Below are positions 7,455 through 16,941 of a stretch of DNA of 64,000 nucleotides, one piece after another. The notes below the pieces were generated by a model that saw only the letters and a list, made by a program, of their open reading frames with translations, did not search any database and was not told where the DNA came from. Source of the stretch: Methylicorpusculum sp. (lineage in GTDB: Bacteria > Pseudomonadota > Gammaproteobacteria > Methylococcales > Methylomonadaceae); NCBI RefSeq assembly GCF_030651835.1, contig NZ_JAUSBX010000107.1:3-64002 (forward strand), in the 5' to 3' direction. How positions within the stretch are numbered: the stretch's first letter is position 1; each line of letters opens with the position of its first letter. The translations under genes were made by a program, and so were the position numbers.

Positions 7455-10168
7455 TAGGGTTTTCTCTTGAAATCAAGTAATTGTCCAATGGCAGGAGCCA
7501 CGACGAGGGTTGCAGTCAGGCAGCATACCAATCCTATGGTTATACTCAGCCCCAAAGAGGATACGCCCCTGTAACTGGCCAAGGTGATAGCGCCCAGACC
7601 TGCCAAAGATGTACCGGCGGCCAAACCGATGGTTTTACCGACGTTCAGACTGACTTGCAACGGCGTATGGCTCTTTAATTCATTCCAGCGGTAGCTGAAC
7701 CAAACACCGTAATCGACTGCCAACGCGATGACCAAGGGCAAGGCAACGATATTGGCGTAATTGTAACTCATGCCTGCCAGTGCCATTATTCCGAGCATCC
7801 AGCCCCCGCCGATTAACAAGGGCAGCGCTGCCAACGCAAAACCGCGCATGCTGCGTGTCGCCGCCATGACCCAAAGTAAACATAATCCTAGAGCCAACTG
7901 CGTGCCGTGTGTGAAACTTTCAACCACAGCCTTGGCAAACTCTTGATGAGTTGTCGGAAAGCCGGTCGCATCGGGTGAAACGCTATAAACATCGCGGATC
8001 AGCGCATCCAGATTGGCGGGGTCATACACGGTTTTTGCTGGAAAAGCATATACCGCGATACTGCCGTCAGCAGCGAAGAAACGGTCACGCAATGCGAGCG
8101 GCAATTGATTCGGCACAAGCGGTTGAGCCTGCCGCCATGCATTGATTATCTTGAGCCCGGTATCCGCTCCGGACAATAAAGCACGCAAAAAACTCTCGCT
8201 ACGCACCCGGCCCTGTTCACCCTCTGTGGCGAGCTTATCTGAAATGGCCGAAAGCTGTCCGCGCATTTCTTCCAGACTTTCGACCAGATTGGAATGCCCT
8301 GTGGAAAAGGCCTGCTCCTGAGCTTCGTCTATCACACTTGCGCTGTTTTGCAATAACGCTTGCAATAACTCGAATGATTTTACAGAAAGGCCCGACTCAG
8401 TCAGTCCGGCGATCTGTTTGGCAGAGTCTGTACGGGAAAACGCTTCACCAATACTCACCGCTTTTTGCAGGCGTTGATCAGCGTCTACTGGAAACAGATT
8501 AGTCAGCGACTGCACTTGGGCTATTGTCTTGAGATTGCCAGCCTCGCTAGTGATACGCCGGGCTTCCGGCAAGTCTTTAGCAGTAAAAACAATGACTTCC
8601 GCCTGGTAATCGCTCTCCGCTACCATCCGCTGCTGGTAATAGGCCGCTTGGGAATCTTTAGGCAACATGGCCAACACATCGTAGTCGAATTGAATAGCTG
8701 AGCCCTTGAACCCGCCAAAGACAGCACCGCTTATGGCTATTATCACAAGGACCAGCGCGACAGGCATTGGAAATGCAGCGATTGATTTGCGTGTACCGAC
8801 CGAAAATGAAGGCTTAGCTAGTGCGGAGGTATCGCTGAGTTTAGGCGGGAGTAAAACGTAGAGAGCAGGCTGAACCATCCAGGTACTGATCAGAATCATC
8901 AAAACACCCAAGGCCGCTATGACGCCCAGTTCGGCAAAACCGGGAAAGTCAACCGTAGCCAGGACACTGAAGATCAGTAAAGAAGCTCCACCCGCTGTTA
9001 GCACTGCTGTAAAAGATGAGCCGACGCCAACGCCTATGGCTTTAATCAACGATTTACCTTTACGACGTTCTTCGGCGATACGTGAGGACGTAAAAATACC
9101 GTAGTCCGCGCCAAGACCGAACAAAATAGCGATGAAGGCTGCGGTGATCATATTGAGATGACCGACCGTGAGCAAGGCCAAACCCAAACTCCAGAGCACG
9201 CCCAGCCCCATAGGGATGAAAATCAGCGCAGCCCAGCGCAAGCTTCTTACCACCAGCAGAATCAGGGCGGCGACCAGACAGGCGGAAGTCAATGTCACCA
9301 GCACCATGTCCTTGCGAAGGTTGACATATTCCTCATACTCGATGGCAGGCAACCCGCTTAAACCCAAAGTGGGCGGGGTTCGGCCGGAAGCTTTAGCTTG
9401 CTCAGCCAACTCCGCCGATATGTGTTTGACCTTGTCGACGAAGGGGCCAAGATTCTCGAAGTCTCCCGAAGGGTTTTTAGGGTGGACAAACAAAAACAAC
9501 ATCCGCCCGTCACGCGAGGTAAAGTAACCATCGTTCATGCCTCCTGCCCCATTTTTAACGAGCAAGCTGTTCCAGTCAACGCCTTCAGGAACACTTTCGG
9601 AGGACAGCCAGCGCAGCCATTCTTCCAGGAAAAAAGCGGTTATATTCAGACTTGTTTCGGCCGTCTTCAGGTCAATGTCTGTCCCTCCCAACGGAGAACT
9701 GCCTTTGCTCCAACTTAATGCTTTGAGCAGACTCTCTTCCAACCCGCCATGAATTAAGGAAGGCTGGCCCGCTATGGCTGCAAGCTTGTCAAGGCCCTCA
9801 GGCGGCATCAGTAGGTAAGCATGGTCCAGAAAAAACGCGATATCGAGACGTGAGGTTGCTTGGCCGATTTCCGGTTCCGGCCTCAATCTGGCGGCCAGAT
9901 CGTTGGCAAATGATTCCAATTCATTGCGCGGAGCACCCTCCAGAACCACTATCAGATCCGAAGCTGCGCCAAAGTTTTTCAAAAAGTCGTTAAAGCGCCC
10001 GGCGACTGCAGTGTTCTGAGGGAGCAAAGCTTGTCGCGAGGTGTGGACCGGAAGTTGTGCCGTTGCCAAACCGGCCAGTATCGACAAAACCAAGGCCAGC
10101 CCCAAGATCTTCTTGGGATTTCGGGCAAAGCATTCTGCAATCGTGGCAACACGCTGGTTGATATTCAT
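7454..10168 (-). CDS. bstA: RND/MMPL-family inner-membrane sterol transporter, BstA-like
   Basis: Two TM bundles with GLGADYG and ALAVDYG motifs plus large periplasmic loops. Start set at ATG 10168 (the ORF track start at 10228 overlaps sdmA by 41 nt). Confidence 0.78.
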   Translation of the reverse strand: MNINQRVATIAECFARNPKKILGLALVLSILAGLATAQLPVHTSRQALLPQNTAVAGRFNDFLKNFGAASDLIVVLEGAPRNELESFANDLAARLRPEPEIGQATSRLDIAFFLDHAYLLMPPEGLDKLAAIAGQPSLIHGGLEESLLKALSWSKGSSPLGGTDIDLKTAETSLNITAFFLEEWLRWLSSESVPEGVDWNSLLVKNGAGGMNDGYFTSRDGRMLFLFVHPKNPSGDFENLGPFVDKVKHISAELAEQAKASGRTPPTLGLSGLPAIEYEEYVNLRKDMVLVTLTSACLVAALILLVVRSLRWAALIFIPMGLGVLWSLGLALLTVGHLNMITAAFIAILFGLGADYGIFTSSRIAEERRKGKSLIKAIGVGVGSSFTAVLTAGGASLLIFSVLATVDFPGFAELGVIAALGVLMILISTWMVQPALYVLLPPKLSDTSALAKPSFSVGTRKSIAAFPMPVALVLVIIAISGAVFGGFKGSAIQFDYDVLAMLPKDSQAAYYQQRMVAESDYQAEVIVFTAKDLPEARRITSEAGNLKTIAQVQSLTNLFPVDADQRLQKAVSIGEAFSRTDSAKQIAGLTESGLSVKSFELLQALLQNSASVIDEAQEQAFSTGHSNLVESLEEMRGQLSAISDKLATEGEQGRVRSESFLRALLSGADTGLKIINAWRQAQPLVPNQLPLALRDRFFAADGSIAVYAFPAKTVYDPANLDALIRDVYSVSPDATGFPTTHQEFAKAVVESFTHGTQLALGLCLLWVMAATRSMRGFALAALPLLIGGGWMLGIMALAGMSYNYANIVALPLVIALAVDYGVWFSYRWNELKSHTPLQVSLNVGKTIGLAAGTSLAGLGAITLASYRGVSSLGLSITIGLVCCLTATLVVAPAIGQLLDFKRKP

Positions 10169-10187
10169 AGAAAGAAAACTGTTTAAA

Positions 10188-11294
10188 TCAATTCGGACTA
10201 CCAACTTGAGCAGTTTTAGCGCGCTCAAGATGGTTTTCCCACTTGCGTGCGGTCAATCTCTGGAACAGGGGTACCACAGGATTGAGTTCGATGGGAGGAG
10301 CATCCCAATAAGATTCATAACCTAATTGTTCAGCTTCCAGGGCAACACCGTCTTCATTGAGGATGGGTTTGAATACCAAAGGTTTGGCGATATTCAGTAC
10401 CATTTGGGTCAGCCACTTAGGCGTTTTTAACGAAATCAGCGGAATGATGAGCGCATCGAAATAAAACAGGAAAAAAACTCGCGTGGTGCGCTCATCAATG
10501 GGCAACATAAACGACCAATTCTTGATACTGTCCCCGGTATTGGTCCATTGATACGGATATTCATAGCACAACTCGATGGAACGGGTATTGACACGTTTGC
10601 GGTCAACGAAAATCCCGGAAATCCGGCCACCGGCCATATACGCGTCGTAAGTCAAATACACCCTATCTTCATTATTTTCATGATGGGTCAGTTTGGCATC
10701 AATAAAAGGTTTGTATTTCCTGTGCAGGAAGGCATGAGAGAAATCGCATATATTCTCGATCACCATTGAGTGATGCGTGCGCCAGGTATAATCCACAGCG
10801 AAGTTAGCCCAGGTATCAGTGCCGGTAAGTTCGGGTATTTCCGGTATCTTTTGTTCAACGGCAAGTTCAGGTTCACCGGGAAACAGCCAGATAAGACCGT
10901 AGCGGACTTGCACGGGATAAGTCCGTAATTGTTTCTTAATCAACGGGTTACCAAAATTGTCGTGTGAGTAGTCCTCCAGCCAGCCTTCCCTGTTGTAAGC
11001 CCAGCCATGGTAAGAGCAACGCAAAGTGCACTTGTCTACCGCGCCATGGGTCAATTTTAGCTGACGGTGCATACAGAGATTACGAAGAGCCGCGAGTTCA
11101 CCATCTTCACCGCGAAAAAGAGCAATAGAGGTATTGGAGAAAATCACCTCTTTGACCTGGCCTTTTTTTACTGCACTGTCGTATTCCACTACATACCAGC
11201 GATTCGGATCCATACCGGCCGCACGTGCTTTTTGCCGCGAATTTTTAGCTTCAGAAAAGGAAGGGGGTGGGGATTTCGTCTGAGCATTCTTCAT
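10188..11294 (-). CDS. sdmA: Rieske non-heme iron oxygenase, sterol C-4 demethylase SdmA-like
   Basis: Rieske CMH...CSYH, mononuclear iron ENICDFSHAFLH, adjacent to an SDR gene and osc. Confidence 0.8.
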   Translation of the reverse strand: MKNAQTKSPPPSFSEAKNSRQKARAAGMDPNRWYVVEYDSAVKKGQVKEVIFSNTSIALFRGEDGELAALRNLCMHRQLKLTHGAVDKCTLRCSYHGWAYNREGWLEDYSHDNFGNPLIKKQLRTYPVQVRYGLIWLFPGEPELAVEQKIPEIPELTGTDTWANFAVDYTWRTHHSMVIENICDFSHAFLHRKYKPFIDAKLTHHENNEDRVYLTYDAYMAGGRISGIFVDRKRVNTRSIELCYEYPYQWTNTGDSIKNWSFMLPIDERTTRVFFLFYFDALIIPLISLKTPKWLTQMVLNIAKPLVFKPILNEDGVALEAEQLGYESYWDAPPIELNPVVPLFQRLTARKWENHLERAKTAQVGSPN

Positions 11295-11330
11295 TTTCGG
11301 AACTCGGTTATGTGGTTAAGAGGGGGCTAT

Positions 11331-12347
11331 TTACCTAGCAGTAACGATTAAGCCCCTGCGGACGAAATCATCGTAGGCTTCTTGCACGGCTTGGGACAAT
11401 TGAGTGGGCTGATAGCCCAATTCCTGTTTCGCCTTTTCATGACCAGCACGTCGCCGCATCTGAAGCAAGCGCACCGCACCCGGCGTAAAGCGTCTGGGCA
11501 GGTTGGGAAATACCTTATACCACGTCTTGTCTGCCACTTGGGCCAACATGGCCATCAGATAAGGAGACAATTTCAGACCGGGCAAAGGACGGCCGGTAAC
11601 TTCCCTGAACATCTCCATCAGGTCGTCGACGCTGGCATAGCTGGTGCTGAATATGTATTTCTGCCCGGAGCGACCCTGTCGCATCGCTAAAAGGTGGCCT
11701 TCAGCAATATCCCGGCTGGATACGAATTCGAAACCACCGGGAATGTAGGCGCGCAAATTACCATGCGCATAATCAATGAGTACGCGGCCCATGCGTGAGG
11801 GCACGTAATCGTGAGGGCCGATGATGGCGCAGGAGGTCGCGACGACCACATTGAGACCGTTGGCGTGGGCCTTAAGACATTCATGCTCGGTCAGATGCTT
11901 GGTAAATCCATAGGGCAAATGTCGGTCGAATGGATAAAACGGCATGTCCTCGTGGCTGGAACGATCCGGTTCATATCCGGTGGCACTGAGCGAACCGGAC
12001 ACAACCACCTTGTCGATTCCATGGCGCTCGGCAGCCTGCAGGATATGGATTGTTCCTTTGACGTTGGTTTCGAAAATTTCGCGTTTATGGACTGCATTTC
12101 CTTCAATGGTAGAAACCAATGCCGCACAATGATAAACACGGGCACAACCCCGCAAAGCGTTCGATACCGCCTCGCCGTCACGCAGATCAGCGAACACACG
12201 CTCCACATTCAGGCCATCCAATGCCCCGTTATCGCGTTCGGCCCGCATCATCACCCGAACTTGCTCGCCTTCTTCAAGCAGGCGGCGAACGAGGTTAGCG
12301 CCTAAGTGACCGGTGGCACCTGTAACGAGCGAGATACCTGCGCTCAT
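11331..12347 (-). CDS. sdmB: NAD(P)-dependent extended SDR, sterol C-4 decarboxylase/reductase SdmB-like
   Basis: TGATGHLG Rossmann motif, YGFTK catalytic motif, 3-beta-HSD-like, paired with the Rieske gene. Confidence 0.78.
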   Translation of the reverse strand: MSAGISLVTGATGHLGANLVRRLLEEGEQVRVMMRAERDNGALDGLNVERVFADLRDGEAVSNALRGCARVYHCAALVSTIEGNAVHKREIFETNVKGTIHILQAAERHGIDKVVVSGSLSATGYEPDRSSHEDMPFYPFDRHLPYGFTKHLTEHECLKAHANGLNVVVATSCAIIGPHDYVPSRMGRVLIDYAHGNLRAYIPGGFEFVSSRDIAEGHLLAMRQGRSGQKYIFSTSYASVDDLMEMFREVTGRPLPGLKLSPYLMAMLAQVADKTWYKVFPNLPRRFTPGAVRLLQMRRRAGHEKAKQELGYQPTQLSQAVQEAYDDFVRRGLIVTAR

Positions 12348-12574
12348 TGCATTAACTCAAGTAAGCGCCAGCCATTATCCAGCAGGAAGAACAGAACAAG
12401 AGATTTGGATGTCATAGTCATTGCTTTAAAAACGGTCCAGTAAATCAACTGGAACAAAGGTGTAAATTATTCTGCTCTCGGTATTTGGCATAATAAACTC
12501 GGAGTTCACTTAAAATTATTAACCTTTTGCCGGGCAACAAGCGCGAGGACAACGTGGTTCGAAATCCTCATGCC

Positions 12575-13969
12575 TTAAGATCTGTCAATATTTGCGCCAT
12601 ACCCGAAATAGGCAAAAGATTTAATTTTCGCTTGAAAAGGATACAAAAATGAAAACAACGGAATCTCATTTTTTATCAATGGCTTGATAATGGTAAACGC
12701 ATCTAAAAGCAGTTTTACTGCCTTAGGTATATTCGAAATATTGTGACGGATTAAATTGCCGGCACCGAATACCGCCAAAAAACAGAATTGTTTGATCAAT
12801 GAAAAATGTTTTCTGTTCAGACCGGCTAAAACAGCGATCGATTCCTGTGCGTTGGGACCTCCGCACTGTAGAAATTTGAACGCCGCCATTTTAAGCAAAT
12901 CATTCGACATGACGGCATACAGCGCGTTGGCAAGAATATTAAGATTGGCATTGGCTATTTTTCGGTCTTGATAATAGGCTTCGATTTTTTCGTGAAGCAA
13001 ATCGTTATTACTAAAATCAGGCATGGCCAGTAAATGCGCACTCAATATTTCAATATCGGAAAACACCGCGGTCAATCCGCCTCCGGTTAAGGGATGGCGC
13101 ATATTCAAGGCGTCTCCCAGCATCACAGCACCCTTTCTTATTTTGGGTTTTGCCGCCATGTAATGATTTGGCATGACCTTAAACCCTCCTTCCTGTAAAG
13201 CTTGTGCGTAACTTTTAGCCATACAGTCGGGAATATAAGGCGTTACATTGGTCTCTAAATGCTCTTTCAGCAAAAAGTTTCTAGGTAACTGATCACCGGG
13301 AAAATCGATTAAAAGCCTGACTTCATTATTGGAAATCGGATAACAGATAAAGGGCGTCGGACCCGATAAAAACACATGGCCATGTTGCGGAAAAGGCATG
13401 TCACAGTCTTTTAAAATCAAGCCTATGAAATAAGACGTTACAGTTTTTTCGTTATTACTGAGATGCGCTCTGAAATTTGAAAAGAATCCGTCGCTGGTAA
13501 TGGTTAAAGGGGCATAAACAGACTTTATCTGAGACGTATGCGATTCCCGGTAACTCACGCCGATAATTTCATTCTTTTCATTTTCGAGAAGTTGCAACGC
13601 CTTTCCATGGATTTGTGTGACTGATTCGTTTTGCAGCGCAGAGGCTCTTATTTGCTGCAAAAACCGGCCATTATGCAAACCGACTCCCTCAAGCTGTTGA
13701 GGATATGGAATAGTCGTTTCTTCGTTACCTTGCAGCAGGGCATAACCATTGACCCGCTGAGCTTCAAAACCATCCAGACAATGCTTAAGACCCATTTTCT
13801 CAAGCGACAACACGGCGCCTGGTTGCAGCAACTCACCGACGATACGCTTTTTCTCTTTATAGCAATGATCGATTAAAGCGATCCTAATGCCTTTTGGAGC
13901 GAGATAAGCACTGATGGTGGCGCCCGCCATGCCTGCACCGATAATGCAAATATCAAACTCTGATTTCAT
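12575..13969 (-). CDS. Squalene epoxidase (monooxygenase)
   Basis: GAGMAG FAD motif, RIVGELLQPG, GDALNMRHPLTGGG diagnostic motif, immediately downstream of osc. Confidence 0.93.
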   Translation of the reverse strand: MKSEFDICIIGAGMAGATISAYLAPKGIRIALIDHCYKEKKRIVGELLQPGAVLSLEKMGLKHCLDGFEAQRVNGYALLQGNEETTIPYPQQLEGVGLHNGRFLQQIRASALQNESVTQIHGKALQLLENEKNEIIGVSYRESHTSQIKSVYAPLTITSDGFFSNFRAHLSNNEKTVTSYFIGLILKDCDMPFPQHGHVFLSGPTPFICYPISNNEVRLLIDFPGDQLPRNFLLKEHLETNVTPYIPDCMAKSYAQALQEGGFKVMPNHYMAAKPKIRKGAVMLGDALNMRHPLTGGGLTAVFSDIEILSAHLLAMPDFSNNDLLHEKIEAYYQDRKIANANLNILANALYAVMSNDLLKMAAFKFLQCGGPNAQESIAVLAGLNRKHFSLIKQFCFLAVFGAGNLIRHNISNIPKAVKLLLDAFTIIKPLIKNEIPLFSFLYPFQAKIKSFAYFGYGANIDRS

Positions 13970-14021
13970 ATTGAGCTACTTGATCCACATACTTTTAACT
14001 GCGTTGATTTATTTATCATCC

Positions 14022-16259
14022 CTAAACATAACGGCTAGAGTATCGATTTAATGCCCAGATAGGGAATATATTCCTATAGTTTGCGTAGGTAATCATACAG
14101 TTATAATTGAAAACACCGGAAATATTTTCTTGGGGCCAATCACCGATATCAGTCTGTCTGCTCAACAACACATTAATACCTGATTCGATAATACTTTTAT
14201 CGCCAAAATCAGCCGCCATGAGGGTCAATAATGCCCAGGCGGTATTAACGGATTGAGAAGTCTCTGCCTCGGTATAGACCAGCTTCGAACACGATTCGAA
14301 AGTTTCTCCCCAACCGCCATCCGTTTTTTGCTTATTTACTAAAAAGGTACAGGCTTTGTTGATACTGGCTGACAAAACATCATCGTCATAAAAGCTTTTG
14401 CCTTTGGCCTTACTGATAGCCTCGACACCAAACCAGGTGGCGTAAGTAAAACAGACCGCCCAGCCACCATACCAGGATCCATCCGGTTTTTGTTGTTTAA
14501 TAATAAAATGGATGCCGGAACTGATGGCATTACGTATTTCGCTGTTTTTATACTCAGGATAAGCTTCATGAAATTCCACTAATGAAATTACGCAAGCTGC
14601 CGTGCATTCTGTCCATGAATAATCAATCATAATGTCGGCAAATACTTCGGAAGGATTGAGCTTTTCCAGCCATTTAGGCGCTCGCGTCAACTCATAGGTT
14701 GCCCATCCACCATCGGCATTTTGATACGAAAGAATGACATCGACGGCCTTTTTAATGCGTATATCATCAATCGCTGGATGAACCAAACCTGAATAATGAA
14801 TGGCCAGCGTCGCGCTTAAACCTTCCGCTGTGCAATCGGCAACCGGCCAACCATTTTCTGCCGTTGAAAAAGGCCAGCTGCCTATCATGGGATGACGAAA
14901 AAATTCTGCATGCGTCGAGTGTTCGGATTTGATTTGCGAAAACTCGATAAACTCATAACTTTTTGCAATTGTCTTAGGAAAAAGTTTCCCACATTCGCTT
15001 TCAAGCATCGCGCGAGTTGCAAAAGCGGTATCCCAAAGCTGAGAGCCGTTGTAGCCGTTCATTTTCATACCATCTTCGGCAACCCACAAATAATCATACC
15101 AACGTGCCGTGTGTTTTTTAAATTGTTCCGAATCCTTACCGAAGGCGTGCCAGATACAAATGGAATTAATGGCCTTATTAACCGGGCCTATGTTGATGTA
15201 GTGGGTCTGCTCATCTTCCGCATTGAGATATTTTAAAATAAAGGCAATGGCCCTTTTTCTTAACCAGCCGCAGGGGATTTTTTCATAAGCATTGGTAAAA
15301 AAGTTCATCCACTTCAATACCGGTGAGGGCGTGGTATAGCAATCTTTTTCACAAACGGCATTACGTTGTTTCGGCCAGTCAATCGTGGCGAAATCTTCGT
15401 TATAAATTTCCTGTCTCAATGACAGAATCAGGTCATTTTCCGGCGCTTTGATGCGCTGCGCATAGCAATAAGCCATGGGCAGATAAACCATGCGGCTATG
15501 GCACCAATAGCGCCAAGGGTGAACCGGCAGCCACTTGGGAAATAGCCACATTTCCGGGAACAGGCTATTAAATCCCTGCCAGTCATAAAGATTCATTATG
15601 GATAGATAAAACTTTCCCCAAGAGGGTATGCCGGTTGCACCGCCATTAGTTTTTATCCACGTTCTGGCTTTGACCAATTGCTCATGATTGTTATCGACGC
15701 CCAGAATACGCAATGAAACATATTGCATGACCGTGCCGAACATCGTCGATTCACCTTCAATGTGCATACCCCAGCCGGCATCTTGATTTTGATGATTCAA
15801 TAAGTAAATCTTCATCATTTCCTGATGGGCTCTGGGGAACGGTGTCTCCGAGATATAGGCCGCAATCAGCAAGCCGGGCAAAAGAAATAGAGGGCCGCCA
15901 TAATCCCCCGGCCAATTGCCATCTTCAGTTTGCAAATAGGCGTAATAGTTAATCCCCTTGATGAGCGCGTCTATAACTTTTTGCGCTTCAGGATTTTCTG
16001 ACTGGGGTATTTTTCCGTCAAATTCGCGAAAATTCGAGTTTATGACCGTATTTCTAAAAACCTTATCGCCCGAATTGGGATTGCCGGATTTATCAAACTG
16101 AAAATCTTCAGCAAACCGGGCTATTTCCTCATCGGTAATCTTATCGGCATTTTGCAAATGGTCATTGATATCGCTTGAGTCCGGCTTGAAGGCCCAAATT
16201 TGCCTCCCTTTTTCAGTGAGCAGATGCCAGTTCTTCCAACCCGGTTTTACATTCAGCAT
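14022..16259 (-). CDS. osc: Oxidosqualene cyclase (predicted lanosterol synthase)
   Basis: DCTAE catalytic motif (not the DDTA of SHC), QW repeats, GYNGSQLWDT, WPGDYGGP. Confidence 0.95.
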   Translation of the reverse strand: MLNVKPGWKNWHLLTEKGRQIWAFKPDSSDINDHLQNADKITDEEIARFAEDFQFDKSGNPNSGDKVFRNTVINSNFREFDGKIPQSENPEAQKVIDALIKGINYYAYLQTEDGNWPGDYGGPLFLLPGLLIAAYISETPFPRAHQEMMKIYLLNHQNQDAGWGMHIEGESTMFGTVMQYVSLRILGVDNNHEQLVKARTWIKTNGGATGIPSWGKFYLSIMNLYDWQGFNSLFPEMWLFPKWLPVHPWRYWCHSRMVYLPMAYCYAQRIKAPENDLILSLRQEIYNEDFATIDWPKQRNAVCEKDCYTTPSPVLKWMNFFTNAYEKIPCGWLRKRAIAFILKYLNAEDEQTHYINIGPVNKAINSICIWHAFGKDSEQFKKHTARWYDYLWVAEDGMKMNGYNGSQLWDTAFATRAMLESECGKLFPKTIAKSYEFIEFSQIKSEHSTHAEFFRHPMIGSWPFSTAENGWPVADCTAEGLSATLAIHYSGLVHPAIDDIRIKKAVDVILSYQNADGGWATYELTRAPKWLEKLNPSEVFADIMIDYSWTECTAACVISLVEFHEAYPEYKNSEIRNAISSGIHFIIKQQKPDGSWYGGWAVCFTYATWFGVEAISKAKGKSFYDDDVLSASINKACTFLVNKQKTDGGWGETFESCSKLVYTEAETSQSVNTAWALLTLMAADFGDKSIIESGINVLLSRQTDIGDWPQENISGVFNYNCMITYANYRNIFPIWALNRYSSRYV

Positions 16260-16338
16260 AGATTCGTGTGATATGACTTTTTATCTTAACGTGTGCAACA
16301 TGCCAGACTTCGAAAGGATGGCAACTATTTTTGATGAT

Positions 16339-16941
16339 TTATTGATTAAATAGCGCGATTCGGACCATTGCTATAAAACCTTTCAGTTTTTTCCATAAAC
16401 CGGGTTGTTCACGCAAACGCTCATGGCCGGGCAGTAATTGCCCCTTGGCCAATTTGCCTATTTTTCTCTTCACGGCAGGGTCCAGTTTACCGTCTGCAGC
16501 TAATTCAAAAAACAAGGCTTTCACGTTACCTAAATCAAAAAAATCACGTTGCCATTCCCATTTATAATTGCCCCCATAACGAAACCAGGAGCCGCCTATT
16601 CCAGCGACTTCATAATGCGAACCGTCTTCGCGAAGGGCTGGCGATACCTGGCGCCATAAACCGATGACTTCGCCCTGTTTTTCGTCGATTAAAATGCGGT
16701 GGTACGGATAACGCCATTCTTCAAAGCCTTCCATTTGCACGCCTAAAGCCCATTCTTCTATCTCTTTACGGCTACGCGCGACAAACTCTTCATTAGGTCC
16801 GATATTCCAGCGGTATTCTGCATCATCGGTATACATAGCCCCCAAGTACTTGGGCCAGTTACCTTCCTTTTCAGCGTTACGATTTGCCTGTAACCAGCGC
16901 TCAACCATTTCTTCAAGTTCTGCTCGGGGATATGCGGTCAT
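16339..16941 (-). CDS. SnoaL/NTF2-like protein of unknown function, translationally coupled to cyp51
   Basis: YTDDAEY...GIGGSWFRY...WQRDFFD. From recall it closely resembles mycobacterial Rv0762c. ATGA overlap with the cyp51 stop. Confidence 0.75.
   Translation of the reverse strand: MTAYPRAELEEMVERWLQANRNAEKEGNWPKYLGAMYTDDAEYRWNIGPNEEFVARSRKEIEEWALGVQMEGFEEWRYPYHRILIDEKQGEVIGLWRQVSPALREDGSHYEVAGIGGSWFRYGGNYKWEWQRDFFDLGNVKALFFELAADGKLDPAVKRKIGKLAKGQLLPGHERLREQPGLWKKLKGFIAMVRIALFNQ

Noticed and set aside
14022-16259. Squalene-hopene cyclase
   Set aside because: It has DCTAE rather than DxDDTA and sits next to squalene epoxidase and CYP51.
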